Below, piece by piece: positions 34,962 through 38,009 of a stretch of DNA of 38,009 nucleotides. Position 1 is the stretch's first letter. Each line of letters starts with the position of its first letter. Below the pieces are notes generated by a model. That model saw nothing but the letters and a program-made list of their open reading frames with translations, had not been told where the DNA came from and did not search any database. The position numbers were made by a program, and so were the translations under genes. Source of the stretch: Seison nebaliae (Eukaryota); assembly GCA_023231475.1 (NCBI GenBank), contig JALJEE010002385.1, positions 1-38,009 of the forward strand. Reading direction: 5' to 3'.

Positions 34962-37125
34962 CAATAGGCAACATAAATACGCATTCCAAGTCGATATTAA
35001 ACAAGCCATCTTACAAATATCTATAATTCCAGAACACCGAAAGTTTTTACAATTTATCGAAAAGGAAAAAGACAAATGGAGTTTTTATTACTTTAACAGA
35101 ATTCCATTCGGTCTAACTTGTGGTCCAGCGATATTGAAAAGAGTGCTTCAAAAGCACTTACAAACTTTACTTACTTGTTAGACGACACGTATTTAAAAGA
35201 ATCACAAAATGACTTAATAAAAAAATAGTTTTATGTCGACGACCTAAGTAGCGTCTTTCGAAAACCATGAAGAAATGACAAAAACTAAAATAAAACTGTC
35301 TCAGATCTTCAAAAAAGCCCATTTGGAATTACAAAATTGGAGATGCTGAAATGATGAACACAAAGCCGGCTGTTCCAAAGTACTCGGACTGAATTGGACA
35401 AAAAACGATACACTGAAACTAAATCTTTCACAGTGGAACAGAAAGATTCAAACACGCAGAGACATAATCTGCGAATAAACAAAATATTTCCGTTTTTTAG
35501 GATTTTTTGGACCGTTATCGTTTGAAAAAAAAATGTTAGTACAAGAAATTACGCCTGACCTTACTTGAGACCAGAAAATTCCTGCAGAAAAAAACCGAAT
35601 GCGAAAAATTGAAAAATAAGATAGAAAAGACTATTGATAAGAAATTGCTAAGATATATAAATAAACGGAACAACTGCATATATTCTGTGACACTTCCAAA
35701 TTAGCCATAGGTGCAGTCAGCTACAGTGTCACCAAAGAAGGTTCGACCTTAGTGTACTCAAAAAACCATGTTAAGGCAAATTCATAAACAACAAGTCCCA
35801 AATTAGAACTGGAAGTTGTCGTGCTAGGTTTCGAAGTAGCAGCAAAGGTTTATAAAGAACTAGGCTATAGTAAGAGAAGATTAATCAATTTATGGACTGA
35901 TTCGTCCCTAGCATATTTTTGGATAGAAAACCAAGAGTCCAAAGAACATTATGTGATTAGAAGAATTAAGAAGATACAGGATCATAACTTCATCTAGTAC
36001 CCGGAAAAGAAAATCCGGTAGATGCACTATCACGAGGAGATACGAAACCGTTAAATAACCTAACGCCTGGTCTGAACAAGTGAATTAAGGTTCCAATGTG
36101 GCTGAAATATGGAAAAGTTTAAGAAGAAAGCATAGAGGAAACAAATCTGTTCATTGATAATGGTTGCACCGAAGAAAATACGTTAATAGAGTTTAAAAAA
36201 TTTAATAGCTTCAAGAGAGTGAAAGGAGTTCTAAGAAAAGTTGTATTATTCCTAAAATGTGTGACAAACAACAAAGACCGTAAGAATAAGTTTTATATTA
36301 TGCTACATAACATTTATGAAAAATGTTACCAAGATCATCAGAAAATGTATTTCCGCAAGATACTCAAAAAAATTCAGGAAACCAAAAAAGTATTATGGAA
36401 TATGAAAAAATTTTATAAACTGGATAAGGTGCTAATGGTACAATCAAGGTCAAATCAGGAAGAGTATATAGCATTACACTCAGACGAACAATTACCAAAG
36501 TTAATAGCCAACGATATTCATCAACAAACAAATGATGTCCGAGTACAATAAGAAGTATTACACTCTAAAAATACGAAAAATCTTTCGAGGGGTTAAACAG
36601 ATATGCGTAATATGTAAAGCGGCAGAAGCAAGACCACCAAAAGTGGAGCAAGGGGGCTTCCTTTGTTTAGAACCCAAATCACAAGACCCTACGAATCAAT
36701 AGGATTAGATTACGCCGGTACTATTGAAATTGAAGACGGAAAAATATATATTCTATTAGATACAGGTGCTGCGACGCGACATATTATGATATTTCCTACG
36801 GAAAGTTGGTTCGTGAGGGAATTAGTCCTTATATTGCGAACCATTATGACCAAAAAATCAATTCCGAATGTAATACTTTCTGACAATGCTACAACCTTCA
36901 GAAACGCGGCCCAATGGTGTATAGATAAATTTCCATATGTAAGATGGAAGTTTGTCCCCCTTAGAACCCCGTGTGGGGAGGAATGTATGAAAGAGTAGTA
37001 GAAATTGTTAATTCGTATCTGAAGAAAATAAAGGAAATAAATACGATATCATTGTCGGAATTCCAGATGATTCTAATCGAATTAGATACGATCATAAACC
37101 AGAGACCATTTTTCGACCAATTATA
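34962..37125 (+). mobile_element. Degenerate BEL/Pao LTR retrotransposon pol (RT, RNase H, integrase)
   Basis: RT YAFQVDIKQAILQI...FNRIPFGL..GP...FYVDDL...KVLGLNW; RNase H LHIFCDTS...PKLEL...LWTDS...ENPVDALSRG; integrase IGLDYAG, ILSDNATTF, WKFVP, IINQRP. The motifs and RT-RH-IN order fit BEL/Pao. Many stops and frameshifts; no gag or LTR recognised. Confidence 0.9.
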
Positions 37126-38009
37126 ATATAATATTATTCGTCAGATTCATATTCACCAAAAAAATGCGGTTGGGAACCCAAGAAAGCAATACCATGATTT
37201 ACCTAAAGGTAACCCATAATAAATTATGTAGTATTGACATCGATAGAATATTTATTAGAAATACGTCAAACTAATGACATATTCATGAGCAGGCAATGGA
37301 ACTATGAAGGAAGGAAGAAAGCATGCTGAATAGTATTCAATGACTATGAGATAAATAATATAGACAAAGGTGTAACCTCTAAATATATATATTATGCATA
37401 TCGGCTGGTGTATATTGTATACTAAATAGTTAAAATGTTCTTGCAATTCCGTAAACATAAATAGTTCATAGAATAGACCCCAATTACCTTCTATACAATA
37501 AATTAACAGAGTAGATAAAGATGCAGAAAGTTAATAATCGTCTAGCCCCTACTATAGGGAGGTTACTTAATGAAAATGATTAATACTAATAATGAAATCT
37601 GATGAACCATTAAACCTTACCAATGTGGCATACTAATTAATGGAACGAGATGTACGGTATGTAAATAAGACGATAAACAGCCGAAAGATTATCTTAAAAA
37701 ACCGAGCTTAAATGTTGAACATTTTTTCAGAGTTCTATAGGAAATACGCTTTTTTGAAAGGAAAAAAGGACACCATTAGAATCAGCACAAAATTTGAGGT
37801 TTAATAGGCTCATTCATAAATGCAAGAAAGTGAAGAAATTTTTTTCTTTTCTTTCCTTCCTTTCCTTCATAAGTTGGACTGTTTTTCTGTCTTACTGACC
37901 CTTCTCAGAAGTGAACGGAGAGAGACGAGCCGCTTGCGAGTCTCTCTGCGAAAGCTTCTAAGTCATAGGACCTTCTAAAATTTTAAGAAATTTTAACTCT
38001 TTCTCGGGA

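Noticed and set aside
37200..37700. Possible further LINE fragment on the minus strand (YCIEGNWG-like peptide)
   Set aside because: One weak motif in broken frames; not enough to call.

Overview
AT-rich, very gene-dense animal genomic DNA. Metazoan origin is inferred from Nup358/RanBP2, a C/EBP-type bZIP and a SUEL+CUB receptor; the exact taxon cannot be read from the sequence. Introns are mostly 40-70 nt and, unusually, nearly all predicted donors are GTT rather than GTR. From left to right: the 3' end of an LTR; a C/EBP-like bZIP gene; METTL18/HPM1; a 20-exon gene (~1,696 aa, hand-spliced, invisible in the ORF track) ending in a SAM-like segment and a kinesin-13-type motor with degenerate P-loop, switch I and switch II; a minus-strand SUEL-lectin/CUB/mucin receptor that appears to carry two alternative transmembrane+cytoplasmic modules; NSRP1/CCDC55; three uncharacterised membrane-protein genes; a Nup358 with no recognisable cyclophilin domain; and a decayed transposon cluster (a LINE apparently split by an inversion, and a BEL/Pao pol). 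All exon structures were inferred by eye from GT-AG pairs, frame continuity and remembered family motifs; no searches were run.
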